Of a stretch of DNA of 64,000 nucleotides, positions 53,669 through 63,451 are shown piece by piece; the first letter of the stretch is position 1, and every line of letters starts with the position of its first letter. Under the pieces are notes generated by a model. It saw only the letters and a program-made list of their open reading frames with translations. It made no database searches and had not been told where the DNA came from. Origin of the DNA: Escherichia phage MN01. Made by a program: the position numbers and the translations under genes. The DNA lies in the sequence record MT129652.1; one strand, given 5' to 3'.

Positions 53669-53697
53669 AATTCAAAAATTAAAAGAGATGTGCGATG
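53618..53697 (+). repeat. 40-bp tandem direct duplication (2 copies, 1 mismatch)
   Basis: GTTGCTGGTGAAATTCAGAAATTAAAAGAGATGTGCGATG at 53618-53657, repeated at 53658-53697 with CAG to CAA; spans the upstream stop and the dexA ATG. Confidence 0.9.
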
Positions 53698-54378
53698 ATT
53701 GATGCTATTATTGACTTTGAAACTCTGGGAAACGGCTCGAAGGGAGCCGTTATTGACCTGGCTCTGATTACATTCGAATCTGACCCTGCTATTGTGGAAT
53801 CATTCGAAACCCTGGTTAATCGCGGCAAACGTATTAAGTTCAGTCTCGAATACCAAAAAGGTAAGCGGTTGTTCGACACAACAACCATGGGTTGGTGGAA
53901 AAAGCAATCAGCGGAAGCCCGTGTTAACTTGGCTCCTTCTGCACAAGATGTTGATACTCTGACCGGTATCCAACAAGCAATTGATTATCTGAATGGTAAT
54001 GGAATTAACAAATACGAAAGCCTTATGTGGTGTCGTGGAATGTCTTTTGACTTCCCGTTGTTTGTTGACCTTATCCGCGACCTGCAACGCAATGAGGGGA
54101 TTCCTGAGCGCGAATTGAATACCTATGACCTGGAGCCGGTTGTATTCTGGAACCAGCGAGATATCAGGACAGCCATCGAAGCCCTATCACTCGTCCGTAA
54201 GATGTGTGAAACTCCATTACCGAAGGGGACTTTAGATGGATTTGTGGCGCATGATTCGGTGCATGACTGCGCGAAAGATATTTTGATGTTGAAGTATGCC
54301 CAGCGCTATGCTCTTGGTTTAGATGAAGTTCCTTCCGAAGAAGATGCAGACCCATTATCTTTACCGAAAAAACGATAA
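53695..54378 (+). CDS. dexA: Exonuclease A (DexA, DEDD family)
   Basis: MIDAIIDFETLG...WCRGMSFDFP...GFVAHDSVHDCAKDILMLKYA matches T4 DexA; 227 aa. Confidence 0.92.
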   Translation: MIDAIIDFETLGNGSKGAVIDLALITFESDPAIVESFETLVNRGKRIKFSLEYQKGKRLFDTTTMGWWKKQSAEARVNLAPSAQDVDTLTGIQQAIDYLNGNGINKYESLMWCRGMSFDFPLFVDLIRDLQRNEGIPERELNTYDLEPVVFWNQRDIRTAIEALSLVRKMCETPLPKGTLDGFVAHDSVHDCAKDILMLKYAQRYALGLDEVPSEEDADPLSLPKKR

Positions 54379-54445
54379 AAAGTAGTGTACAAGGCCAATG
54401 GAAAGAGACATAATTATCTCATCAACTACTGATGAGGATAACAAA

Positions 54446-54703
54446 ATGATTACTTCTTTTGAAATTGGCCAACAATATGAAATGTCTGCTCTTCAAGCTG
54501 CTGAAGCAGGTCTGACTAAAGCGTTTGAATGTGCATTTACAAATATTCGTGGTAAAATCTTTACTGTCAATAAAATTGCGGTATATGATAAAGAAACAGA
54601 CATGAACAAAGGCATCTACTTGAACGTGTCAAACGCAAAAGGTCGTCGTGAAATTATGGTTGTACAACCTAACCAACTGGCGATGTTCAATAAGGTTGCA
54701 TAA
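54446..54703 (+). CDS. Hypothetical protein
   Basis: Internal ATG right after the family-B leader; 85 aa. Confidence 0.45.
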   Translation: MITSFEIGQQYEMSALQAAEAGLTKAFECAFTNIRGKIFTVNKIAVYDKETDMNKGIYLNVSNAKGRREIMVVQPNQLAMFNKVA

Positions 54704-55458
54704 TGAAACCAGAATTTATTGACTTTGATGTTGTAAGCATGTATGTTCGCCCAATTAAACCATTAAAACTTGAGAAACAAAATATGACTATTGAAATTAA
54801 CAAAACTTATCAACTGATTGAACCTATTATTCAAAACGCAGCTATGGTTTCTGGGTATAATACTCTGACTGATGCTTTAGGCGAAGGTGAATTTATTGTT
54901 GAAACTTTTGTAAAAAGTAACTGGTTTGATAAAGCATATATTCTACATGCACGTCGCCTTGATACAAATGAAGTAGAAAAAATTACGGTTTATGAAGCTG
55001 AGATTGAACTCTTCAAAGAAGTTGAAGAAACTCCTATCAAAGTTGGTAAAACCTATCAGCTTATTGAAGATGCTAGTCAGTTTGGAAAGACCGTTGCAAT
55101 GCATGCTGGTTGGCGCGTACTGAAAGGTATTTTTGGATTTGCTCCATTTACCGTTAAAACAGTTAAGTACCACAATCACCAAAGCATCTTTGAATTTACT
55201 GCGGTCAATGAATCAGGTGACAATCTTGAAGCTATCCTTTATCCGCGTGAATCTGTACTGCTGGAAGAAGTTAGCGAACTGGGTGACCCTATTGACTTGC
55301 TGTGTAAACCAGTTCAAATCAAACGCCCATTTAACAGTTCCATTTGTGGTTGGGTAACAGACCAGTGGATTGAAGAGGGTGTTGAACTCCTGAACGTTGT
55401 TCATGCTGGTGAATTTACTGTTGTACCACGTTCCATGGTTGTTGAAATTTTTAATTAA
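54703..55458 (+). CDS. Hypothetical protein with internal repeat; paralog of 55538..56098
   Basis: 251 aa; repeated NKTYQLIEPIIQNAAMVSG / GKTYQLIEDASQFGKTVAMHAG; C-terminal GWVTDQWIEEGVELLNVV...FTVVPRS shared with the next gene. Confidence 0.55.
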   Translation: MKPEFIDFDVVSMYVRPIKPLKLEKQNMTIEINKTYQLIEPIIQNAAMVSGYNTLTDALGEGEFIVETFVKSNWFDKAYILHARRLDTNEVEKITVYEAEIELFKEVEETPIKVGKTYQLIEDASQFGKTVAMHAGWRVLKGIFGFAPFTVKTVKYHNHQSIFEFTAVNESGDNLEAILYPRESVLLEEVSELGDPIDLLCKPVQIKRPFNSSICGWVTDQWIEEGVELLNVVHAGEFTVVPRSMVVEIFN

Positions 55459-55537
55459 ATTTAAAGTGTACAAACTCTTGGGGTCGGAGTATAATGACCC
55501 CACTGGAGAATAAACTTATTAACCAAGAGAGAAAATT

Positions 55538-56098
55538 ATGAAAGTTGAAGCTGGCGAAATCGTTCGCGTATCCAAAAAATCTCGTTCAAGAGCTGCTGGA
55601 CGTTTTGTTGAGGTTGTCAGTATTCGTGCTGATATTTTTGTTGACCATCCTGATAATGAAGTAAAGGTGCGTATCATTCCCAAAAATGGTCAGACTGAAA
55701 CTCAATTCGCTTATGTACGTGCTAAATTCCTGGAATCAACTGCTATCACTGCCACCAACCTCCCTGTGGTTGAAGAAGTTGAATCCCATGATGGATATGT
55801 GTGCGAAAGCAATGATATTCGTGGCGTAATTGCTCAAGACGTTGAAACCATTGACCAGTCTCATGTTGGGGTTGATTTTAAATGGAAATTGGGCAAAGGT
55901 GTCTTTTTTGTTTCACCTAAACCGTTTGAATATGTTGACGAACCTTTTGGTACTTATGAAACCACTAGCATGTCTGGTTACATCACAGACCAGTGGGTTG
56001 AAGAAGGCGTTAAGCTCTATAACATCGTGTTCCTTGGAACCTTTAAGGTGGTTCCTGAAAGCTTTATCGTTGAGTATGCTGATATTCATCGTGCCTAA
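55538..56098 (+). CDS. Hypothetical protein; paralog of 54703..55458
   Basis: 186 aa; C-terminal GYITDQWVEEGVKLYNIVFLGTFKVVPES. Confidence 0.55.
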   Translation: MKVEAGEIVRVSKKSRSRAAGRFVEVVSIRADIFVDHPDNEVKVRIIPKNGQTETQFAYVRAKFLESTAITATNLPVVEEVESHDGYVCESNDIRGVIAQDVETIDQSHVGVDFKWKLGKGVFFVSPKPFEYVDEPFGTYETTSMSGYITDQWVEEGVKLYNIVFLGTFKVVPESFIVEYADIHRA

Positions 56099-56146
56099 AT
56101 TATAAAAATGATAGGGTAATTTTGCCCTATCAATGAGGAGAATATT

Positions 56147-56371
56147 ATGTTTAATGAAGATTGTGTAACCACTTCCCTGACCGCTGAAGAGTTTTGGGAT
56201 ACTGCTGAAAGTGATAAAGTGATTGTGAAGAAAAACATCAATGAATTTCTTTGCACCACTGATATCATTTATGTGTATGCAGACAAAGACGCAGAACTAC
56301 CTAGCTATGCACTGTTCCGCGAAGAATCAGAAAATGGTACAGATTTTTGGAAGGAGATTTATAATGTCTAA
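56147..56371 (+). CDS. Hypothetical acidic protein
   Basis: 74 aa ORF. Confidence 0.4.
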   Translation: MFNEDCVTTSLTAEEFWDTAESDKVIVKKNINEFLCTTDIIYVYADKDAELPSYALFREESENGTDFWKEIYNV

Positions 56372-56735
56372 ATTTGAAACTGATAAGTGGTATTATTTTA
56401 AAGATAATGTTGCTGAAAGCAGATTCCGTTTGTTATGCTCTGATAATGATAATATAGCCAATGCTATAATCAATGGCGAGGGATTTAGACCAGTCAGAAT
56501 TGAAGATGGTGATGTGTATAAAATGGAATTATCAACTGGTGAATTTGTGAGCCTATTCATAAAGGAAGATGAATTCCGTTTCTTTGAAGAAGAAAAAGAT
56601 GACGATACTGAAGATGAATGCGAAGACGCAGCTCCATCTGAGCCAAGCGAATTCCCTTTGACTAAAATCACCATCTCTAATAACTCCGAAGCCTGGACCG
56701 TTTACCAGATGTTGAAAGCACACTTTAAGGAATAA
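56364..56735 (+). CDS. Hypothetical acidic protein
   Basis: Internal ATG at 56364 after AAGGAG SD; 123 aa; Asp/Glu-rich stretch. Confidence 0.45.
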   Translation: MSKFETDKWYYFKDNVAESRFRLLCSDNDNIANAIINGEGFRPVRIEDGDVYKMELSTGEFVSLFIKEDEFRFFEEEKDDDTEDECEDAAPSEPSEFPLTKITISNNSEAWTVYQMLKAHFKE

Positions 56736-56736
56736 C

Positions 56737-56913
56737 ATGCCACTTTATGATTACAAATGTCAATCTGATGACTGCGCGAAAGAATACGAAAAAATCAAGA
56801 AAATCTCTGAAAGAGATAATGATGTTTGTCCTGATTGCCATCGGCTGGCTGTTCGGTTAGTCTCGGCTCCTAAACATGTTAATGGCGGTTTTTACGACCT
56901 GCTGACTAAGTGA
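56737..56913 (+). CDS. FmdB-like zinc-ribbon small protein (58 aa)
   Basis: MPLYDYKCQSDDC...CPDCH pattern typical of the FmdB/regulatory zinc-ribbon family. Confidence 0.45.
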   Translation: MPLYDYKCQSDDCAKEYEKIKKISERDNDVCPDCHRLAVRLVSAPKHVNGGFYDLLTK

Positions 56914-56919
56914 GAAATT

Positions 56920-57180
56920 ATGAAATACATTAATCGTTCTATTGCCGCGCTGGTGCTGGCGGTTTCATTGGCTGGTTGTACTGATGCAGATAACGCCATT
57001 CGTGTATTAGATGCAAACGGCTATGAGCAAATCCAAATCACCGGTTATAACTGGTTGGGTTGCTCTGAAGATGATTTTCAGCATACTGGTTTTACAGCCG
57101 TAGGCCCAACTGGTAAGAAAGTTAAAGGAACTGTTTGTTCTGGTTTGCTGTTTAAGAATTCAACCATCCGATTTGAATGA
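56920..57180 (+). CDS. Putative lipoprotein
   Basis: Signal peptide with lipobox LAVSLAGC; 86 aa. Confidence 0.45.
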   Translation: MKYINRSIAALVLAVSLAGCTDADNAIRVLDANGYEQIQITGYNWLGCSEDDFQHTGFTAVGPTGKKVKGTVCSGLLFKNSTIRFE

Positions 57181-57592
57181 GGCTATTATGTTTAAAATTG
57201 GAAAGAGTTATTGCATTAAAGATTTAGATGGCTTCCTTAAACATGTCGGTATGCCCGGTAGCATTTTGAACCAACAAGGAACCTCTATTATTGATTTGGT
57301 TACTACCAAAGAGTTTTCAGTCACTAAGATGGAAGCAAATGTTGTTACGGAATTTAGTACTATCGATGGAACTGGATTTTCTTTCCATAGTCGTAATGGA
57401 ACCGGTCTTATTTTTGGTGATGAATTTAAATATTTTGAAGAAACCCCGATAAAGGAATGTGATTCTGAAATAACCGAACAGGAATCAAAAGAGGATATCG
57501 TTGTTACCGGTGGCGATGTTATTATTACGGTTAAAACTGAAGTCGGACGCCTACAAGCTATTAAAATGTTAGAGCAGCTTCGATTCAAATAA
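57173..57592 (+). CDS. Hypothetical protein
   Basis: 139 aa; terminator follows. Confidence 0.45.
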   Translation: MNEAIMFKIGKSYCIKDLDGFLKHVGMPGSILNQQGTSIIDLVTTKEFSVTKMEANVVTEFSTIDGTGFSFHSRNGTGLIFGDEFKYFEETPIKECDSEITEQESKEDIVVTGGDVIITVKTEVGRLQAIKMLEQLRFK

Positions 57593-57635
57593 AAGGCCTT
57601 CGGGCCTTTTTGCTTTAAAATATGTGACTTATAAT
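57593..57635 (+). promoter_or_regulatory. Terminator hairpin followed by a MotA-box middle promoter for gene 39
   Basis: AGGCC-TTCG-GGCCT + TTTTT; TTTGCTTTA, 12 nt, TATAAT (57630-57635). Confidence 0.55.
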
Positions 57636-57657
57636 ACCTCCATACACAAGAGGAAAG

Positions 57658-59490
57658 ATGATGATTAATAATGAAATTAAAGTACTCTCGGACGTTGAGC
57701 ATATCAAAAAACGTTCCGGGATGTATATTGGTTCCAGTTCAAATGAAGCGCATGAGCGATTCTTGTTTGGTGAATATAAGTCCGTAAGCTATGTTCCTGG
57801 TATTGTAAAACTGATTGATGAAATTATCGATAACTCTGTTGATGAAGCAATTCGCACCAGTTTTAAATTTGCCAATAAAATTGATGTCCAAATTAAAGAT
57901 AATCAGATTTCGGTTTCCGATAATGGCCGTGGTATTCCACAGGCAATGGTTACAGACCAAAACGGTGAACAAATCCCTGGCCCTGTTGCAGCATGGACTA
58001 TTCCAAAAGCTGGTGGTAACTTCGGCGATGATGCTGAACGTAAAACTGGCGGGATGAACGGCGTCGGGTCTTCTCTGACCAATATTTTCTCTGTATTGTT
58101 TACCGGGATTACCGCTGATGGTGCAAATGAAATCACCGTTAACTGCTCCAATGGTATGGAAAACAAATGTTGGTCGACTAAGAAATCAAAAGGTAAAGGT
58201 ACGACTGTTATATTTATTCCAGACTTTAGTCACTTTGAAGAAAATAGTCTGTCCCAGATTTATCTGGATATTACATTGGACCGTCTGCAGACTCTTGCGG
58301 TTGTTTATCCGGATATTCAGTTTACCTTTAATGGTAAAAAGGTTGATGGTAATTTCAAAAAGTTTGCCAAGCAATTCGGAACCGAAGTTGTTATCCAGGA
58401 AACTGATACAGTATCGATGGCCTTTACGACTAGTCCGGATGGTTTCCGTCAGTTGACTTATGTCAACAACATTCATACAAAGAATGGTGGGCACCACGTT
58501 GAATGTGTTATGGATGATATCTGTGAACATCTTCAACCAGCCATTAAACGCAAATATAAAGGCATTGAGGTGACCAAGGCACGAGTTAAAGAATGTCTCA
58601 CCATGCTTATGTTCATCCGCGATATGAGCAACATGCGATTTGATTCCCAGACTAAGGAGCGATTGACTTCTCCGGCTGGTGAAATTCGAAATCACATTAA
58701 GATTGATGCCAAGAAAATCGCGCAAGCTATTCTGAAAAATGAACCGCTGATTATGCCGATTGTTGAAGCTGCATTAGCCCGTAAATTGGCAGCAGAGAAA
58801 GCAGCAGAGACAAAGGCGAATAAGAAAGCTTCGAAGGCCAAGGTGCAGAAACATATCAAGGCAAACGAATGGGGTAATGATAAACTGGAAACGACTCTGT
58901 TCCTGACCGAAGGTGATTCCGCAACCGGTCCATTTATCAAGGTTCGCGACCGTGAATTGCAAGGTGCTTATCCGTTACGCGGTAAGTTCAAAAACACATG
59001 GGGTCTGAAAGCTGTTGACGTTATGAAGAACGCCGAAGCCTTTGATGTGTGTGCGATTACTGGTTTAACGATTGGACAACCGGCCGAGAATATGAATTAC
59101 CGAAACATTGCTATCATGACAGATGCGGATGTGGATGGTGTCGGTAGTATCTATCCATCGTTATTGGCGTTTTTCAGTAACTGGCCAGAGTTGTTCCATG
59201 AAGGACGAATTCGCTTTGTGAAAACTCCTGTTATTATTGCGCAGCTCAAAGATAAACAAGAATGGTTCTATTCTCTTCCTGACTATGAAGAAGCTAAGGA
59301 TAAACTTCCGAAGCACACCATCCGATATATCAAGGGGCTTGGTTCTCTGGAAGATGCCGAGTACAAACGCGTATTGCTCGAACCGGTATTCGAAGTTGTT
59401 GAATTACCTGACAACTGGAAAGAACTGTTCGAAATGCTCTTCGGTAAAGATTCCCAGCAGCGTAAAGATTGGATGAATGCGACACTATAA
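57658..59490 (+). CDS. 39: DNA topoisomerase II large subunit gp39, fused with the gene 60 portion
   Basis: GHKL ATPase motifs (IDNSVDEA, DNGRGIP, GGMNGVGSS) and C-terminal TOPRIM region in one 610 aa frame; close match to T4 gp39. Confidence 0.95.
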   Translation: MMINNEIKVLSDVEHIKKRSGMYIGSSSNEAHERFLFGEYKSVSYVPGIVKLIDEIIDNSVDEAIRTSFKFANKIDVQIKDNQISVSDNGRGIPQAMVTDQNGEQIPGPVAAWTIPKAGGNFGDDAERKTGGMNGVGSSLTNIFSVLFTGITADGANEITVNCSNGMENKCWSTKKSKGKGTTVIFIPDFSHFEENSLSQIYLDITLDRLQTLAVVYPDIQFTFNGKKVDGNFKKFAKQFGTEVVIQETDTVSMAFTTSPDGFRQLTYVNNIHTKNGGHHVECVMDDICEHLQPAIKRKYKGIEVTKARVKECLTMLMFIRDMSNMRFDSQTKERLTSPAGEIRNHIKIDAKKIAQAILKNEPLIMPIVEAALARKLAAEKAAETKANKKASKAKVQKHIKANEWGNDKLETTLFLTEGDSATGPFIKVRDRELQGAYPLRGKFKNTWGLKAVDVMKNAEAFDVCAITGLTIGQPAENMNYRNIAIMTDADVDGVGSIYPSLLAFFSNWPELFHEGRIRFVKTPVIIAQLKDKQEWFYSLPDYEEAKDKLPKHTIRYIKGLGSLEDAEYKRVLLEPVFEVVELPDNWKELFEMLFGKDSQQRKDWMNATL

Positions 59491-59517
59491 ATAGATACGG
59501 GAGAATATTCTCCCGTC
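59486..59517 (+). promoter_or_regulatory. Late promoter (TATAAATA) overlapping the gene 39 stop, followed by a hairpin
   Basis: TATAAATA at 59486-59493; inverted repeat ACGGGAGAATATTCTCCCGT at 59498-59517. Confidence 0.4.
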
Positions 59518-59532
59518 TTATAGGAGAAGTCC

Positions 59533-59685
59533 ATGAAAAAGTGGTGGGTTACGTTGTCAAATGGCGAATACGGTTATCTGTGGGCCGATACTAAACCTCT
59601 GTTTGCATCCTTTGTCACCATTATGTGCGAGACTTGGGATGGCGAATACTATACCGCATATGGGCAAGTCTATAAAGTTGAGTAG
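59533..59685 (+). CDS. Hypothetical small protein (50 aa)
   Basis: ATG after AGGAGAAG SD; Trp/Tyr rich; terminator follows. Confidence 0.3.
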   Translation: MKKWWVTLSNGEYGYLWADTKPLFASFVTIMCETWDGEYYTAYGQVYKVE

Positions 59686-59688
59686 CCA

Positions 59689-59711
59689 AAAGGACCTTCG
59701 GGTCCTTTTTT
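59689..59711 (+). terminator. Rho-independent terminator
   Basis: GGACC-TTCG-GGTCC + TTTTTT. Confidence 0.65.
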
Positions 59712-59761
59712 ATTATGTACAAGCCACAAAAATTACGTTAAGATATCCTTGAGGTGAACAT

Positions 59762-60061
59762 ATGATTATGTCTGACGGAAGTTTAGTTAATCTGCAGAAT
59801 GTTGCACGTTGTATTATGGAAGCTGGTCTGAGGAAGGTACAGGAGCTCCCAGATAGCGACAGGAAGCGAAGTTACTTGTTGGCTGTAAGAGCATCAGCCA
59901 TGAGCATTAAGGCTGGCCAGAAGGTTCCTGAGGAGCGAATTGAAGCACTCCTTGCATTGATATACCATGGCCAAGAACATAAAGCTACCATGCGTAGTAT
60001 GAGAAAAATATTGCAGGAGATTGGAAATGACAAACTTCAAAGTGAATATGGAACTGTTTGA
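59762..60061 (+). CDS. Hypothetical protein
   Basis: 99 aa ORF. Confidence 0.45.
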   Translation: MIMSDGSLVNLQNVARCIMEAGLRKVQELPDSDRKRSYLLAVRASAMSIKAGQKVPEERIEALLALIYHGQEHKATMRSMRKILQEIGNDKLQSEYGTV

Positions 60062-60230
60062 TAAGGCTATCCATAAAGAATACCGTGTTATCCAACGATT
60101 TTTTGATATAAGAGAAGCTGAAGAGTTTAAAGAACGCTTCAAAGAAATCCGTATTAAAATAGCTTCAGACACCGCAACAAAGGATGAACTTCTTGAAGTT
60201 GCAGAATTAATCAAACGTAACATAAAGTGA
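60021..60230 (+). CDS. Hypothetical protein (start uncertain)
   Basis: 69 aa ORF overlapping the previous gene; alternative ATG at 60048. Confidence 0.35.
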   Translation: MEMTNFKVNMELFDKAIHKEYRVIQRFFDIREAEEFKERFKEIRIKIASDTATKDELLEVAELIKRNIK

Positions 60231-60237
60231 GAAAAAC

Positions 60238-62472
60238 ATGATTTTAGAAACTGAAAAGGAAACAATCCTTGGTAATGGTGCCAAGGCATCAGCATTCACA
60301 ATCCAGGCATCTCCAAAGGTGTTTAAGATTCTGACCAGCGACCTTTACACAAATAAGGTGCGTGCAGTTGTTCGTGAGCTGATTACCAATATGATTGATG
60401 CTCATATGCTCAATGGCTGTCAGGATAAATTCATTGTCCAAGCTCCTGGTGAACTGGACCCACGTTTTGTGTGTCGTGACTTTGGTCCGGGTATGAGTGA
60501 TTTCCAGATTCGTGGTGATGAAAATACTCCAGGTCTGTATAACAGTTTCTTTGCATCATCCAAGGCTGAATCCAATGATTTTATTGGTGGCTTTGGTCTG
60601 GGTTCTAAATCTCCGTTCAGTTATACAGAGACGTTTAGCCTGATTTCGTATCATGATGGCCAAGTTAATGGTTATGTCGCTTATATGGATGGCGATGGTC
60701 CACAGATTAAGCCGACCTTTAGCGAACCAATGAAACCCGGTGACCGTACGGGGATTGAAGTTGTTGTCCCGGTTGATAGTAATGATTTTGGTAAGTTCCG
60801 CCACGAGATTTCATATATCATGCGCCCATTTGCTGGACTGGCTGAAGTACAAGGCGTAGGCGAAATTAATTACTTCCCGGAATTTGATGATTATTATGCT
60901 CCAGAGCGTATTGATTATAGCAGCCCAGAACGTTATGGTCTTTATGCAATTTACGGTGGAATTGTTTATCCAATTGCCGACGGTTATACAAAGAAAACCT
61001 GGATGACCGCCAAAAATGATGTTGTCTTTATTAAGTTCCCGATGGGTTCGTTGGATATTGCACCTTCTCGCGAAGCATTATCACTGGATAAACGTACGGT
61101 CGCAAATATCGTTGAACGTATTGAATCCCTTGATAAGAAAGTCATGGAAGATGATTGTAAGAAATGGCAGGAATCAGAATGTATCCGCCACACGTATCGC
61201 GAATTACAGAGTCTGAGTTATGAAGCTCGTAATTTTCTGAAAGCTCGTAATGCTGAAACGAAATTTACGAAATCGCAATTGACCTTTAACCAGATGTATG
61301 AAATGTTCGAGCTGGACAAAGACCTTATTAATGCCGGGGTTGTCTATGATATCTATAGCACTACCCGTCTGAAACGTCTGCGTAACTCAAGCTCGAACAC
61401 GAATACTGCAAGCCTGACGAGCATGTTTGGTATTCAGAATAATACCTTGAACATTGTTATTGACGATGCTAAAGGGCGAATTGCGATGATTCGGGGCATC
61501 AGTTCAATGCTGTATGACACCAGCGCGAAAGCCAAAAAGCTCAAAGCATCTGGTAAAGTCCCGACTGTACAAGGTAGTAGTCTATTGTTCGTTGACCCAA
61601 CCAGCGAAATTCAAACACGTCTGATGGTTCAACTTCAAGAACGATTTAAAGGCGATACAGTTAATATCTATCGTACGTCTGAACTGACCGCCCTTGTAAA
61701 AGACTGGATTCCGGTTGCTGACCCGAAAGCGCGCGTTAAGTCAAAGACTCCATCATTGATTCGTTGGACTAAAACTAATGGCAAATGGCAGTCTGTTGAA
61801 GAATTTACATGTGCAGCTGATGCAGAGGAAATCGATGGTTATGCTGTATTCATTAACCGCAGTAGCATTTCCCCGTTGAATCAAGAATATGGCACCACGA
61901 CCTTCGGGACCCAGACATTGTGTAAACTGGCAAACCTGTTGGAAATCAATGAATTCTGTGTTATTCGTCCACAGCTTCAGAAAAAGGTTACCAAGCTGGC
62001 GCAGTGTGATTGTTTGATTGAAGCTGCAGTCAATCGTTATGTGGAATTGATTGATTCAGTTGATGCGGACCAGTACATTGCCGCTTCAAGCCGTTCGCGT
62101 TATTATATTCCTATCCTGTCTGAATATGCGGAACTGAATTTTATGTTCAAGTATTTTTATGCAAAAGATGTTCAGAAAGATGTGAATACTGACTATGCCG
62201 AACTAATGCAGTTCAATAAGTTCTTTGCTTATAACGCATATAACAGTGGAACGGTTGATAAGACCATGCAGGAAACTCTGGTCCTTTGTAATAAGATTTA
62301 TGACGACCTGACCAAAAACGCTTCGGTAACAAGTGATAAAATGGTTTTTGAATTTGAAAAGAATCACCCGATTGTTTCACACTTTTTATATAACCGTAAC
62401 GCCATGTCAACTGAACAAGTACAGAACGTTGCTCAAATCATGAAGGCCGTGGAAGCGGCCAATAAGGAATAA
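60238..62472 (+). CDS. rIIA: rIIA protein (membrane-associated, GHKL-type ATPase domain)
   Basis: N-terminal N-box ELITNMIDAH and G-box DFGPGMS; 744 aa (T4 rIIA about 725 aa); followed directly by an rIIB-like gene. Confidence 0.8.
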   Translation: MILETEKETILGNGAKASAFTIQASPKVFKILTSDLYTNKVRAVVRELITNMIDAHMLNGCQDKFIVQAPGELDPRFVCRDFGPGMSDFQIRGDENTPGLYNSFFASSKAESNDFIGGFGLGSKSPFSYTETFSLISYHDGQVNGYVAYMDGDGPQIKPTFSEPMKPGDRTGIEVVVPVDSNDFGKFRHEISYIMRPFAGLAEVQGVGEINYFPEFDDYYAPERIDYSSPERYGLYAIYGGIVYPIADGYTKKTWMTAKNDVVFIKFPMGSLDIAPSREALSLDKRTVANIVERIESLDKKVMEDDCKKWQESECIRHTYRELQSLSYEARNFLKARNAETKFTKSQLTFNQMYEMFELDKDLINAGVVYDIYSTTRLKRLRNSSSNTNTASLTSMFGIQNNTLNIVIDDAKGRIAMIRGISSMLYDTSAKAKKLKASGKVPTVQGSSLLFVDPTSEIQTRLMVQLQERFKGDTVNIYRTSELTALVKDWIPVADPKARVKSKTPSLIRWTKTNGKWQSVEEFTCAADAEEIDGYAVFINRSSISPLNQEYGTTTFGTQTLCKLANLLEINEFCVIRPQLQKKVTKLAQCDCLIEAAVNRYVELIDSVDADQYIAASSRSRYYIPILSEYAELNFMFKYFYAKDVQKDVNTDYAELMQFNKFFAYNAYNSGTVDKTMQETLVLCNKIYDDLTKNASVTSDKMVFEFEKNHPIVSHFLYNRNAMSTEQVQNVAQIMKAVEAANKE

Positions 62473-62473
62473 T

Positions 62474-63451
62474 ATGTTTAATATCAAATGTATGTCTAAA
62501 GCCGAACAAGCTGATGTGGTCCAGATGTATTCAACGGGCAATTATACCCAGCCTGAATTGGCAGAATATTTTGCTGTGTCCGTTGACACCATTCGCCGCG
62601 TTTTGAAAAATGATAAAGAATCAAAATTAGCTAGAACCATTTCCGCATCACTGAAAGCAGCTGTTGGTGTGGCGATTAATGCTCCGGTGACAGTAACGGT
62701 TGAAGTCCCGGTTGCTGATACAATCGGCGGTAGCCGCCCGGAAATCGTATGGAACGCATCAAGCAAATTCGTTTCCATCACCGAAGGCCGCACGGTCTGG
62801 AACGCAACAAAAGACCATAAACACTTTGATGATATTATTCAGGCATTGATTGAATTCCGGTATGAAGATGCTATCGAGTTTATCTCTATCAAAGCTGCAG
62901 TGCAAAAATATGTGAAAGGTGATGTGCGTATTGAAGGTGGTAGCCTGTTCTATCAGGGAATTGAACTGCGCTCTGGTTTGGTTACTCGTATCATCGATTC
63001 AATGCAAAATGGCGAAGACTTTGAATTCTATCTGCCATTCCTTGAAAATCTCCTTGAGAACCCGAGTGAGAAAGCTGTACAGCGTTTGTTTGACTTCTTG
63101 GTTGCTAACGATATCGAAATCACCGAAGATGGCCATTTCATCGCCTGGAAAATGGTTCGTTCAACCTACAAAGATTGCCACTCAAATACATTCGACAACA
63201 GCCCTGGTCAATATGTTAAAATGCCGCGCTCTCGTGTGAATGACAATGACGAACAGACCTGTTCAACTGGGCTGCACGTTTGTTCTAAAGGTTATATCGG
63301 AAGTGGCTTTGGTCATGGTGATGGGCGCATCGTATCCTGTAAAGTTCACCCGCGCGATGTTGTAAGCATCCCGGTGGATTATTCCGATAGTAAGATGAGG
63401 GTTTGCGGTTACCTGGTTCTTGAAGATGTGACCGAACGTTTCAATGATTAA
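62474..63451 (+). CDS. rIIB: rIIB protein
   Basis: 325 aa directly downstream of rIIA with N-terminal helix-turn-helix-like segment (ELAEYFAVSVDTIRRVL); synteny. Confidence 0.7.
   Translation: MFNIKCMSKAEQADVVQMYSTGNYTQPELAEYFAVSVDTIRRVLKNDKESKLARTISASLKAAVGVAINAPVTVTVEVPVADTIGGSRPEIVWNASSKFVSITEGRTVWNATKDHKHFDDIIQALIEFRYEDAIEFISIKAAVQKYVKGDVRIEGGSLFYQGIELRSGLVTRIIDSMQNGEDFEFYLPFLENLLENPSEKAVQRLFDFLVANDIEITEDGHFIAWKMVRSTYKDCHSNTFDNSPGQYVKMPRSRVNDNDEQTCSTGLHVCSKGYIGSGFGHGDGRIVSCKVHPRDVVSIPVDYSDSKMRVCGYLVLEDVTERFND

Noticed and set aside
58186-58725. 179-aa minus-strand ORF opposite gene 39
   Set aside because: It is antisense to the conserved topoisomerase ATPase domain.
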